DNA of 64,000 nt. It comes from Azolla caroliniana (lineage: Eukaryota; Plantae; Polypodiophyta). The translations under genes were made by a program, and so were the position numbers. The stretch is from NCBI GenBank assembly GCA_043228905.1, contig JBHGNT010000021.1:1798001-1862000 (forward strand). Direction: 5' to 3'. Shown here piece after piece: positions 39,488-54,000 of the stretch. Within the stretch, counting starts at the first letter, position 1, and every line of letters begins with the position of its first letter. The notes under the pieces are model-generated. The model was not told where the DNA came from, made no database searches, and was given only the letters and a program-made list of their open reading frames with translations.

Positions 39488-42400
39488 CTATAGTTTTGAT
39501 GGTCTATACATAGGAATGCGAGGAGACACATTTTTTTTTTAAGAAAAGATTTCCCTCATTAGTATTAAGAAAAAATGCCGGAAGTCTACAAAATGGACAA
39601 TAAGAGAGTGTTATATACAAAAAGGATGATGAGGGCAAGGGCCAAGGGTGACAATATTTTCAGATTGGTCCTTGAGAGGAGGTTGTGAACAGAGGGAACT
39701 TCCTCCATAATTGCAGTAATTTTTTCTTTTTCTTAAGAACAACCTCTGAAGAGCCTGACATATTGTCATATTGCCCACGCACTACCGCCAATAAGCTCTC
39801 CCATAATTCTGGCAATATATCTGAGAGAAGAGGAACTATGGAATCATATCGTCTTTTACAACGATACTTCCATAAGATCCATAATGTAACCGTAGATATT
39901 GTTTTCCGTACATGGGTTGCATGCATTTGCTTGCGAGGTTGCTAAAAAGGGGAGATAGAAATTAGATGTCTGTTGATGACTGTCATAGTCTCTAGAGCAT
40001 CATCTGCCTCATACAACAAGAGATTGGAATGGAGAACCCCCCATACTGTTGATCCCTAGGAGAAGAAGCAACTTGCATTAATTGTCAGGAATAAAGAAAG
40101 AACTTTATTCCATACCTATTGGGCTAGTAAGCAGGACAAGAGAGCATGCTTGGTAGTTTCCTGCAAATCAACGCAATAACAACATTGTCTAAGAACGGTT
40201 GCCACATTTCCTTTCAATGACTAACCTACTAGTAGTGCCGCATGTAGTAAAAGGCATCTAAAGAGAATATATTTTGTTGGTCCCCAGAAAGACCAAATCC
40301 ATTTCCAATAAGCCTTCAAATGAATGCTTGAAACACCCTACTTATTCCAGTGCTTTTGAGCTGCAGGAGCTAGAATACTCTTAGACATGAGTAAGGTTCT
40401 ACCAAATTTCACTGTGTATTGAAAGAAAGGAACTTTTTGCAATGGATCCATCATGGGATTGGTCCAAAACCATCCCCCATGGATCCCACGTCAGCCTACT
40501 AACTTTTTGTCGTGCATATAACCAAAGCATATCCCACAAATGAGTTATTGACGGTTGTGGATCTAAGAGCCATTTCCTACCAGATTTGGCAATCACCCTA
40601 ATTGGAACAACGAGTAGGTTCTGTAGTAAATTATTTGAGGGTGTACAAGGCTGCAATTTATTATCCTGTTGAGTATTAAAATACAAAATACATCCGTTTG
40701 TAGAAATTCCTTTAACAAAGAACATCATGCCATTTGTAAGGCAACCAAACCACATATGATCTTGCATTGGCTGAAGTCACGCTAAGGCCTACGAGAAGGC
40801 CGCTGAAATATCCATTGTCATTGTCTTCGCCCCATATACCGAGTGTAACTGCTTAAGTCGGTCTGCTTTTGGCATCCATTGAAAATGAATCTAGGATGCC
40901 ATTAATGTTGTTGGCCCATTGTCAAGTTTTCCCCATGCAATACGAGATCTAAGGCCCAATACATTTCCAATAGAATCCCGGACGAGTGAATTAGCCAAAA
41001 GCGGTTGATTCATCCAACCATCCCACTTGTCAGGCATCTGTTTGTGTAAGAAAATCTTGATTACATCCCACGCTCTGACGATTCCCAGGAGAAATCTATT
41101 GGATGTTAGATTCCACCTTGGTTTCTGTACATCTGTAAAGAACATCCATTTCAAAGAAGGCAACCAATTTCGTCCCGTCTTGGGAGATAATTGCATCAGC
41201 TGATTAAGCAACATACCCTTCCATGCCTCTGTCCCTGGAAACAGTCCTTTGACTACAAACTTTGTCAAAAGAGCTCAAGATTGCATCAAGGGATCTATTA
41301 AAGCCAGCCTTCCTTGGCTTTTCAGCCTAATCAAAACATCCCATGCCACCTTGGCCACTCCTCGAGACCCATTTTTTCCACCCTAGAGGAAGTTACATAT
41401 GAGGCTTTGAACTTTCATAATTGTCGACCTAGAGAACAACCAAATAGATGCGATAAGCCACATTGAGGCCAACAACACTGAATTTGCAATCACAACTGGG
41501 TTGGCAAAGGATAGGTGCTGAGAGTCCCAATATACTAGCTTACACTTGATTGATAACAACAATGGTGCTAACATCACTTCAGATGGTAAATCTATATGAA
41601 CAAGACAACCTAAGTAATGAATGGGCTCCCCATGATTAAGCCAATAGAATGCAGGGCCTGGATACCACGTTGGACGCGGTTTATCACTGGCCCAAAGGCC
41701 TACATATTTATTCCAATTGAGAGAGGCTCCAATAGCATCTGAAAATATTTGCAAAGAATTCTGTACCCAATCAAGATTAATAACATCTCCATGAATATAA
41801 AGAGTAGTGTCATCCACAAACTCAGCATCGAGAACTGTCGAGTTTGCAATAGGTAAGGCAATTGCTTGGATGGCCGTCGTTGAGGATCTAAGAAAAGATG
41901 ATAGAGCTTCCCCAAATAGAATGAAAAGAAAAGGTGCTACCAGACAACCTTGTCTGACAGATCTGGAAATTGGAAATAATGTATCATTGCCTCATGAAAA
42001 TAGAACCAAGCTAGAAGCATGTCTATATAATGTAGAAACACATTTTACCCATTGTATTCACTAGAAGATCCTATCTTAAGCAATTCTGTATCCTGGCCTC
42101 ATTGCTTGCGGATGAAACTCATAGAGTTTCTATAGCTCAAATCTGGTCTAAATATAGTTTCTCTGATGCCTTTCGGCTCAGGGATATCACTCATGTCATC
42201 CTTGATGTCAAGAGTTTCTTCATAAATATAGTTGCCTCTTCAGTTGATCGATGAAGTGCACAGATTGCTAATTTGCGTCGGGCATTGGCTGCAACACAAA
42301 AGTTATTGGAAAAATACCCAACCTCACCTATGTTGCTCTTGGATTTACAAGAAGTAAAAAGCAATTTCAAAAAAAGCAACATGTGAGAGGTTTGTATTTC

Positions 42401-45400
42401 TACCAGCGTAATACAACTTCTTGGTCACAAAAGTAGGATAGGGTTAACGGAGAGATCTTCAGTCAATTTAAACAGAAGTATAAATCACTATCTATTAAAA
42501 CCCTAAAACGACCTGATGGTTCTTATACAACGGATGATTCTGAGATGCGGGATATAGCTACGATATATTACCATAAGTTGTTATCTGCTAAATCCTTCTT
42601 AGAAGAAGATCTTAATAAGAGTGAACTTGTACTAGAAATAGTACAACAGAAGGTCACTCATTTAATGGCTTCCCAGTTGCTTCAACCATATACAGACACC
42701 GAAGTCTGGACAACGGCTAAATCCCTGGGTAAATATGTGTGTCCTGGAAAGGATGCCATAGGAGCGGTATTCTATTTGCATTATTGGGACTTGTTGGGGC
42801 ATATTCTTACTAGAGCTGTTAATTAATTTTCTCAACAGGGAATATGCCCAGTGAATGGACGAAAGGAATCATATAAATGATTTCGAAATCAAATGCTCAA
42901 TGTAATGAAATCTTAAAATGGCATCCATTAACTTTGCTTAACGACATGTATAAAATAGTAGCAAAGACAATAGCCAATAGAATGCAACCACTGTTCCCTT
43001 GATTATACATGATACACAATCGGGATTCCTTCAAGACAGAAGCATATTTGACAATATCTTCCTTTTTTGGGAGATGATTGCATTGGCCCAACATCACAAA
43101 CACTCCCTTCCTCTACTATTATTAGATTTTGAGAAAGCATATGATAAAGTAGACTGGGACTTTCTGGAGGCAATTCTATTAAGATTACAAATATACGTGA
43201 AGGAATTAAATGAAAGTATGTTTTACTTAAAAAATATGGTTGATGTTGATAGATGTCTATAAAGTGCATGTGAAACAACTCTTATGAAATTTGGGCAATG
43301 TGAATCTATTTAAAATAATATGTGATTAAGCAACTATAAATAGAGGCTATGTTGCAATGCATAAAAGTACTAGATCCATATCATATTCTTAACTATGAAC
43401 ATAAGAGCTTCTAATATGGTCATTTTAGTACATGTAACCAAGAACAAAATACGAAGGGTTCATGGGCACCACCCATAACAAATAGATTACACCATAGGTC
43501 AAAGGGTTTGAATGGTTCACATGCATCCCTATTACCAATACATAATATGTACAATACATAGAAGTGGCTTGGGTTCATATTTCATGTCTTGCCTAAATGT
43601 CTTGATGGAAACCAACAATCTCAAGTTCATGGGAATCATCCATTATTTCTACAAGTTCATGGGAATTATCCATTATTTCTAGGGCCTAGTCTTTCATTCC
43701 CCTCCTTATTGGTCATTTCTCCACTCCTAACTCATTGTACTCCTTCATTGTTGTCGTTTTAGATTTGACCATGCACTGCCATTACATGTATCATAATGCA
43801 TATGCAAGCTTCTAAACCAATCTAATCAAGGTTCTTACCGATTAAATTATCTTTTAATGGGCATAAGACCTTACAATTTTCCTAGTTTTGACTTTTGTCA
43901 ATGTCTTAGGAATTTTACATAGTAAATATGGTAAAGTCACAGAAGTACCTCAATAATAATAGTGCAAACACTAGGGGAAGCTAGGCACAATCAAAATGTT
44001 TAAAGCTACAAAACTTCAAGATACATGGAAAAAGAGAATGGAACAAGAAAGAAGACTTTGAAGGACAATGAAAGGTTATGGGACGACACCAAATTATTTG
44101 TGAAACAATTCAAACGTGTAGATAATGTAACAAATTGCAAGCTTACCTAATTTTGGTTTTTTACTTTGTTTAAAATTTGTTTAGAAAATGGTGACACAAA
44201 TGCATCAAAGATAAATGGATATTTGAGCACATATTGATTAATACGTACTTCTTTAAGAGGGGTTTTGAAATGTGTAGAAGACACATCTAGAGGTGGTGTA
44301 TAAGACCAACATTGGAATCTCTTGAGCTCGGGTCGATGGCAAAGACGTGGAACTGTGCATATATTTCTTAGCTTGTAATGCCCAACCTCTCGTGAGAACT
44401 TAGGTGTCGACTCCAGCTCTGTGCTGATGTTCCATTTTGATGGTCTCTCACCGAAAAGACCATATGGTAACATATTACTGAGGACAAAGCCACATGCCTC
44501 CTTTGCCTACTTTGAATAGAAGTTAACATAAAAAAGTTGCATTAGCACTACCGTTCATGCAAGTGCTTCTTGTAATTGATACTTGTTGCCTTTTAAACAT
44601 AAAAGTACTTGATGATATAGTTAAAAAAAATGATAGCATGCCTTTGATGCAAATGTGGCCTCTAGACCTTGTAATTGGGAATAAATCTCAAGCAACAAGC
44701 ACTTGGGTTTAAGTAATCTCGTGTTTAGGTTGCTTTGTGGTAGTCATGCTACAAAATGAGTGAGTTTTACCATGCATAGCATATGGTCTTGGAAAAAATT
44801 TATCCACCTTCATCCCAAGAAAGTATTATTCAATATTGGATGTGATTTAGCATTAAGACATGTATGTCCCACACACACACACACACATATGATGATTAAT
44901 TAGATCCATTAAAGCCGAGTTGGGCAATAACAAAGATACATTCATGAATCAATAAGGTTGTCCATTGGAATTATTCACACAAGGCTCCTTATAAAGCTCA
45001 AAGATGCAAATGGAATCCAAGAATCAATAAGGTTGTCCATTGGAATTATTCACACAGGGCTCCTTATAAAGCTCAAAGATGCAAATGGAATCCAACCGGC
45101 ACAATAGCACGAGCCACAATTGGACGAATATAAACTGTGAGAGGCATTTTGGACAACAACCACAAGGCTCCTTATAAAGCTCAAAGATGCAAATGGAATC
45201 CAAGAATCAATAAGGTTGTCCATTGGAATTATTCACACAAGGCTCGTTATAAAGCTCAAAGATGCAAATGGAATCCAACCGGCACAATATCACGAACCAC
45301 AATTGGACGAATACGAACTGTGAAAGGCATTTTGGACAACAACCACAAGGCACGCGTGCAAGGGTCAACATGTAAAGCGAAGATATTCTTTTTTGGAAAA

Positions 45401-46029
45401 AAAGAAAAACATGTAAAGCGAGGAGGTTGTGGTACAAAAAAAGTAGTACCCATCACAAAGTGGATGAATAAGAAGGGTGGTTGGGGTGAGGCACTACGTA
45501 GTTGGGCGGGCGGGTCAAGGAGGGCTCATGTAGCAAGTCTAACATGGGCGAGACGCGGGGCTGGGTGTGGCATTTGGGCGGGCAGTGGGTCGGACATGTA
45601 TAAATAGAAACCCGATGTTTTAGGTTATGGGTGCCAAGGGTGTGCGATTTGGGCGGGCTGGCTGCCCAAATGGATGATGGCACGAAAAACATGTCTTGGT
45701 CACACATGGTCAATGTTAAGAGGAGGATATGGATATGGATATGAATATAGTCTCATATAGATATGGATATGGATCATACATGACAGAAACAAAGACACAG
45801 ACAAAGACACAGACACAGGGTAGGTAGATATGTTGTACATTTTACATGGATATGGAAATTTCTTTGCAATGATGATACATACGAGGAGGGGTCTTGGAGG
45901 GGGTGATAAGGCGAGATCTTGTGGAGGAGCATCATCATCATCATCTGTCTCCTTCTCCTCCTCCTTCTCCTTCTCCTGCTCCTGCTCCTCCTCATTGACA
46001 TGATCATCCACTACATTTGGAGAAGGCAT
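39488..46029 (-). CDS. Putative orphan spliced gene (~180 aa); last exon appears interrupted by a LINE
   Basis: Exons 45883-46029 (ATG after GA-rich leader, donor gtatgt), 44249-44506, 43839-43869 and 43187-43256 are all GT-AG and phase-compatible with no stops. The frame resumes at 39488-39527 beyond the LINE (FVSPRIPMYRPSKL*). No family recognised. Confidence 0.5.
39531..43186 (-). mobile_element. 5'-truncated, 5'-inverted L1-like LINE (ORF2 remnant)
   Basis: Minus part 39531-~42070: SVRQGC..PFLF, FVDDTTLY, YLG, zf-RVT region and poly(A). Plus part ~42080-43186: CPGKDAIG..FY, HDTQSGFLQDRSIFDNI, LDFEKAYDKVDWDFL. Possible 3-bp TSD aca. Confidence 0.85.
44947..45349. repeat. Higher-order tandem repeat (75-bp unit A and ~65-bp unit B; A-A-B-a-A-B)
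   Basis: gaatcaataaggttgtccattggaattattcacac... x3; ccggcacaata...ggacaacaac x2. Confidence 0.9.
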
Positions 46030-48048
46030 GGCCGATTGCTATCTCTCTCTGTCTCTGTCTCTCTCGCTGTGGTCTCTTTGATTGCCTTTTGCATGAATGG
46101 AATGACATGACATGAACCTTCTTCATATCTCGACTTTTCTTCATCAATCACCAATCATCACAAACACACACACACACACACATATTACTAGTATTTGGTC
46201 CTTGTTTCGGAACTTTGGCCGGCCGGCCGGCCACACGAATATGTATCATGCCTAAACTTCCTTGTGTGTCCATTCATTGAACGAGCATATTCTCGGTCTG
46301 TCCATCCACTTTGAGAATTTGTGGAATACCATGGCATCATGCCAATGCCCCCCCCCCCCCCCCATTCAAATGCCACTAGTCACCCTTCGACTTTCAAGAG
46401 GCACTCTCAATCCACATTCTGCGAGTTGTGCCGTCGAGAAGTATGTATGAAACCGAGGTCTTGTCTTACAAATAATCGCCATTGCACAAGAAGTATGAAA
46501 CCAAGGTCTTGTCTTACAAGTAATCGCCATTTCACCCACCCCCCAAGAAATTCGTTCCCAACTCTCTCATTCCTCAACAAGTCGTCATTTGTTTCTAATA
46601 CACAAATTGTGTGATGGCTTGTATACAAAAATCTACGGTGTCGAATACTATAGGGAAATATAATGAAAATAGAAAAAAAACGATGTTTATTGGAACGTCA
46701 TCACTTAAATCTATTTTTTGGCTCTTGCATAATGCTTAACGCTTTAGAAATATATTTTGATTACTAGCATCTATATTCCATGCTTGCTTTGGAGGAGCAG
46801 CATTTGGTGGGTTCCAAGCATTAACCCGTAAACTAACTTTCTTTTTGTTGAAACTAAAGTGGTGTCCACATTACAAAATATGAACCGAATGGAGGCATCA
46901 TGTTTATCTTGTCCAACTGATGATACTTTTCATTTGGCTCTTTTTTTTCATCATTTTTCCCATGATTTCTCTAAATAAAGCATCAAGAAAATGTTAATAC
47001 AAGTTGTTCATAAGTGAAAAGCACTTCTTTGTTAGATGAGAATATTGCTAAATAGGCAAAAAGGAATCATCAACAATCTTATCAAACTAAAGCCCATGCT
47101 AGAGCTAATGCTTTTCCGTTTATCTCTTGAGCCCACTAGGTTTGAGCAAATGTTTCCAATTGTCGTTCCTTCCAAAATGATTATAAGTAACAATTCAAAA
47201 AGTTTTGGCATTTAGGGACATTGATAGTTGGTTGGAGTTGTTGCACATGATATATTGAAATGTCATTAACATAAAAAACATGTGTAAGATAAGCATACTT
47301 TGAAATCATTTCCATGGTTATGGTGTTTTGAAATTGGCAGTATGCAAATCACATGACCAAGGATTGCTGCCACTACAACAATCTTAAAGAGTTAATTACT
47401 AAGACATGCATTAGGTAATCTTGCATTGCATATTATTTGTTAATTTGCATGATATTGATACTTCTACCAAGTCTAAGGGGAAATTTTCATCTTAGAATAC
47501 AGCAAAGCACAGAAATGCTGTTGCCTAGCCCTTTTCAGCATTCTCGCATTCTTTATAATTGTCCTCAACATCCCACAATGTTGTGGCAATAAGTATATGA
47601 CTCATGAGAGAACATCTCAATAGATAGATTCAACACTAAATCAACGCCGATAATAACATGGCCCAATGGTTGTCAAGATTAAAATAACAGTGGAGCAAAA
47701 TCAGACCACCACACCTAAATGATTTTTTAATCAAGTTGGCCACAAAAAGAAAACCCCGGAGAGGATTGATTGATCAACCTCACACAATCTGATTCTGAAC
47801 TCTTGAAGAAATTCTGATTGCTAAAATCAATGTTTCTCAAGTATAAAAAGAATGTGATAAATGCAAGCAATTTAAACGAATTTTCAGGTCCATGTGTTTA
47901 ATTTTGTATTTCATCACATAATAATGAATACTGAATTAATGTGATCCTTCTCTATTAAACTTTTTGTATGGGTTCATCATTGTACATACATAACCGCCAT
48001 TTCCATAGCGGTACCAACACCATAGGTTTCAATAATTCAACCTCAACC

Positions 48049-51000
48049 TCAACTCAACATAGAGTATTTCAACATATACTTCTGTATCCAATATTCACCT
48101 TTCTCCTCATAATCGGCTTTTGTAAAAACACGCTTGTCGAAAACTGATGAGTTGGCATACAAAGAAGCACCATGCCAAGCATCCAATAGTGGATCTTGGG
48201 CCCTCACAACCTTAAGAATGGAGCCTTGAGGCCTATTTTTCTTCAACTCAAGAAGCACCCGTTTGTCAATCCCATCAAATAGAGTGTTACCTCCAGTCAA
48301 CAAAACGGTTCCATCAATGATTGGCTGAGACCAATCACCTGGCAATCTCTTCATCGACACATTTATTGCCTCATCCAAACCCACTTGATCTATACCAATG
48401 AGATGGGGTTGGAAGATGATCTCAGGACACCGAAACCTCTCTAACCCAAATGTGATTCGGAAATCCTCCGCCGTTAGTTGGCGAATTTGTGGAGCTTCAG
48501 GAACCAGGCCCATCTTAGAAGCTGGATTGAAGGAAGGATCGAGCTCCTATAAAAAGAAAAAGTTGTCATTGTCACCGAAACCTCTATCATTTATAAAAAA
48601 AAGATCCAAAATATAGCAAAAACAACGAAAATACTTGATTGCTTTTACCCTAGAAAAGGATACAACAGTTGTTACCAACTATCCGAGGAAAAAGGAACTA
48701 TATAAATAAAGAAAGCACATAATGCTCATTAAATTGAAACATATTGCTAGGGGCAAAGTGAACCCTTATGTTTCAAGAAAGAAAATGGATTCATTACAGG
48801 CATGTAAGGATTAATGAAAGAATAGGTGATTGTCAAAGTTCTACGTATCTGTTAGGTATGGAAAGCCCATTAGTCACAATTTTGTGTGAAATAGTCTATG
48901 CGGCATTGTTTTAAAACCTCGAAGATGAGATTTTTCTAAAAGAGCATTCCTCTCAATTCTGTATGTCTTGTACTATTTTCATACTGCTTTAAACTCATTT
49001 TTATCTGCATTTAAACCTTTGTAAGACTGATCACATCTTCATGGGTTTTGTTTAGCACATGCCCATGGTTATACTGAGGTCTTCTTGATCTTCTGAATAG
49101 GAGCTTATTAGCATATTGTTTTGGTGGCAAAGTTTACTATCTTATAATATGTGAGTTTGTTCCACTTATGACTACGTATTACACCCCATGCTAGTCAAAC
49201 CCTTTAACAAGTCATGCCACATGACTAATCAATCTATTATTAGATTCTCAATCAGCATGCAATATCAAGAGAAGGACAAAATCCATCTGTCATTCATCAA
49301 GTCCAATCACAAAATAGAAGAAAGTTAGAAGAATAGGACATTTCATACATGATGCAACAAAATACCTGTAGCCGTGCGTTAACCCGTGCAAGTTCAACTT
49401 CATTCTCATCAGGCTCATCATCATCTTCATTATCTTTCCCCATCTTTTTATAGAGTTGCCAATCTTCCTCCCTAGCACCAAAAGTGTCTTCATCTTTTCC
49501 ATGATCGAAAGCTGCTGTTGTGAGGAGTTTCATTCGCTCTTTTTGTGCTGCATTAAGCCGTTCACTACGGTTTCCAACAGTAGATGCCAAGTTTGATCTG
49601 CCTGCAGGGCCACCAGCATTACCTCCCAACTTTGGCTTCTTTCTTTGCTCGATCTTCGCTGCTAGCTCAGCTTGTCGGGCACGTAAATCCTCTACATATT
49701 GTTCTGGATTTGCCCTACGATATAGAACTTTTAGACTCCACTAGGCAATCTATAGTTTTTGAAAGCCTAATAACTAGTTTGAAAAGGCCTTCAATTTGGG
49801 AGAAAAAATAGGTAATATATGTACTAATATATATTGCCTATATCTCAAAACAGTTAGTAGTTAAACTAGTTACCTATTTTAACTGGTTTAACTAATATAT
49901 TTTGGAATCAATTTATTTACAGTCTTTATCCATACTTAAAGATAAACACTAATTTTTCTCTTTCTCTAATTAGTTTCTTCATGTGTGTGATGTGCATAAG
50001 TGCAAGCACATGTAGGCTCTGTGTATGGTTAAATAGGTTCTGTGACTCATCCTGAAATAAAACAATAAAAACTGCAGCACTCACAATCGTTTATCCTCCT
50101 CCATGTTTTGTTCTAGCTCCCGTTGTGACATTTCCTCTTGTCGTTTTTGCTTAGCTCTTTGTCTACCTTCCGAGGTTGACTTCAAAAATATCTGCCTCTT
50201 TTTTTCCTTCAGCTGCAGTCAGGAACCAAGGAGCAATGAGACTAACAAAATATTGTAACACTATCAACATATGCTCAACACTGAGAAATGGCATTGGACA
50301 ACCACCCTAAATACCCTCCTTGCCTAGTGTATATGACCCTGACTATTGGTGCTAAGACTACTCTTTTGAATAGCTGTTCATTATAAGTTACGCAATATAA
50401 TCAGACTTCCCTCTTCCCATTTATCGAAATATATGACCCTAAATACCCTCCTTGCCTAGTGTATATGACCCTCACTATTGGTGCTAAGACTACAGTTTTG
50501 AATAGCAGTTCATTATAAGTTAAGCAATATAATCAGAATTCCCTCTTCCAATTTATCAAAAATATATGTCGATGTCCATAAGGCATGGTAAGGTGGATAT
50601 TATGCGATGCTTGCTTTATAAAGATATATGTAGTGTAACACCAAACACATGTCAATAGATATTCTACGAAAAATGCGAGTAATAAAGGATTTAAAGGAGA
50701 ATTCAACTTGTTCAGGTGACAGCATTTCATTCGGAACATCTAACAATGGATATTTCTCTGATTCGAAATCTTTCTCAGGCTCCTTTTCAATTTTGACTGG
50801 CTCTCCTTTTGCCTTTTTCAAAGCTGCAGATGCCTTCACTAAAGCACCTTCTACTTCTCGTTTTGACAAATATCCTGATCCTGCCAAAACTGAATTGATT
50901 TGATCCTCAGATACATTATCAAGTTCCTCCAAAAGTTGCTCTAACCCTTGAATTTCCACTTCAAGATCTGCAATCTTATAGGAGCGTTTGACAGCTGCCA

Positions 51001-54000
51001 TTTCACGCAATCTTTGGCTTTGCTTCTCTTTTATTGCTGCCTTTCTTGCTAATTCTTCTTCTGAGGGCTTTTCTTCAGCTGGTGGTGGAATCCATGGAAG
51101 TTGCCAGGACCTTGTTTTCTCCTCTGCGTCTTTACCTTTCCTCTGCAAAGACAAGAATAAATCATTTCTCGTATCAATGGGTATTTAGAGGATGCCAGGA
51201 TTTTGGAGGATCAACATTTGGAAATAGTAACCAACAACGTAATAAAAAGAATGTTCACAAATACCTACTTATGACAAATTCAGCCTAGTCATGTCATCTA
51301 CAGATTATTCAGCCTTTAACACATACTTTAAATATCTGAAGTTTAGAGCAGTATCAAAACTCATACTTTAAATATCTGAAGTTCAGAGCTATAATCTTCT
51401 GCAATATAACCATGCTCAATCTTCAAATTCTCAACTTTATCCCAGGTTAAACTTGCACTGTAGCAAAAAATTAAACATAAGAAGTTTGTCAGATGTCAAA
51501 GTACTAACCTACATGTATTGATAAGCTTGAAATAGTCTGTAGGGGAAAGAAGCCCAGACACTGTTTAAGCACTTACACATGATAAGGATACTCAAGAGAG
51601 AGAAGACGTTTGAAATAGTCTGTCACATGGTATCCCCCAATATTAGTTCTACAGCAGGCTTCCAATACAGGTTCACCACCATAAATCTACAAACAAATAC
51701 CCCATTTTGAGAGGTGTAGCAATATGTTTCCACATTTGATGTTCAAGATTTTCCAATGTAATGAACAAAAACAACCCACTAAGAAATAGACCATGAACAT
51801 ATTGATCAAAACACATTCCACTGAGTATGATTTTGTGTGTATTAATATGAGACGCAAGGCAGCACATAAAACAAACTTGTATGGCTAAGCAAGAAGACCC
51901 AACCTTTAACCTGAAAACATTCAACATACTTACTCCATGTCCGCCGTCACAGTAAGTAACCATGCAAGGAGGATATAACAGCTTGTATGACTTTTCTGCA
52001 CAAGTTTTGCCATCCCCAGCTAATATCATTACCAATATGATGGACCCAGGTACAAATTGGGAGGCAAACATACACAGGGACTCGCAAGAAAATGATGACC
52101 TTCCGGGAAACGTATATATCCCACATGTACCCTCAGTATCTATCAAGGCAGAAAAAAGGTCATGCCCCTAACAAAACTTGCAATGTTATAGGAATAATAT
52201 ATTGTTTGGAGGCTTTTCTACATGACGAATTCATCCCACAACCAGAGTCTTGACTTCCAAATGTCTGTATGCACAATATGAGCAAGGCGATAAACTTTCC
52301 TTTCTTTTTCATTACTGACTACTCTAATAGTCTAATCCAGATTCAAATTCTTCATTCTACAATATCTGCAGGAACACTTTCTTTCTTATCACACGCGCAG
52401 AACAACCATATTCAAATACACATAAGGATGCATGAAAACAAATGACAAGCAGATAATCTGAACATCAAGTACATACAATAAAATATGTCCTGCAATAAAT
52501 TATAAGCTTACAGGGATAGAATGTGTTGTGGTGTGTCCAGAACAGACAAGAAGACCATTCGGCCCACATTTTCCAAGTCTTTGATTCCGAAGATAGCTAA
52601 AGACTCCATCTATTCCAAGACCTGTTATTAAAATACGCTAGTAAGCATCACAATAGAGACATGATAGAGATGTGCCTATTTGATCACATATAAAGACATT
52701 AAGTCTTTGAAATATCAATTTTTGCAGAAAATATATAGTTCTCTTTTTGTTTCTCTTCTTTCAGGCATGGGTGTTTAGAACTTTCCAACAAATTATAGAA
52801 GCAACAAATGTACATGGAATGGATATAGTATTGCCTCCATAAGTCTGCCAATGAGCACAATAGTTTCAAACATACTTCAGTCTGTTCTATGCTAAAAAAT
52901 TCACCTAATGATGGTATGTTGTATGTCTCAAACAAAAGCTCTGCCATCTTGCTCCTTGAATATAATGGATTGCAAGGGCACTCTGTCAAAAGCAATGGAT
53001 GTTCTATTTTATCTGTTCTCCAAAACAACAACATAGAGAGAATAAGTGAATCAATGCAAAATGTTTCACTTTTTATACACACACAAAACAGAAACGTTGC
53101 TCTGAATTCATTACCCCATTACCATCAACACCAATCCGATTGAATATATAATCAAAAATCTGCATTATTCAGAACTTCACATTTAGATTGATTTTAATTG
53201 TAAACATATACATATGTTATGTACAGGAACATAGAAAGATATATCATTTAGCTGAAGTAGATACCTTCACAGAAATAATAAAACTCTGAAATCTCAAGAT
53301 GCATTTAAGAATGAACACTTAATTTTGGTTTTTCTTGTGCAAATATATAAATAGATAGGATGAATATGTATTCAGTTAGCTCCAAACATATATGTTTCAG
53401 CGGTTAGCTTCAAAAAAATCCATCTTTTCAAGTTAAGATGTGGAGTTAGGCTGATTCTGCATATTCAAAGATATATTCAGCATGGTATATACGTTCATAG
53501 ACTTATCTTACAAAAAAGAGAAAAACAGAAACCTGAAGATAATGGATTTTGTTAAATCAAGAAATCAAAATTTTAAAATATGTGAGGTGGTTTGTTGAAA
53601 GTTTATTTGTTGGACATGATGCATTTATCTACCGTGTATGGCATCTTGTCTGTAACTTCTATATATTTTGCACAAACTTACACATTCCATAGTCTCAAAT
53701 TGGTACACAACATTTGCATCAAAAGCTGATCGATATGATGACCGTGTGAAGTCAAGAAATCGGCTTAAAGATGGATCATAGTCTCCCACAATGTTCACCA
53801 AGTCTCCTATTCAAAACATGAGACACTGACACAAAGTCAATACAATCTCCTTAAGATAAAATCAAAAGAAAAAATTCCACACTTTCAACTTTGGCACCTG
53901 AAGCCTTAAGCCGAGGGCGATGAAGCAAATTCCGAAACACCATACTAGGTTCAGATTCACCTGCCCAGCTGGTATATAAGAGAGAAAATCTTTAACATAC

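Noticed and set aside
45137-45607. 156-aa ORF
   Set aside because: Arises from the tandem repeat, antisense within a putative intron.
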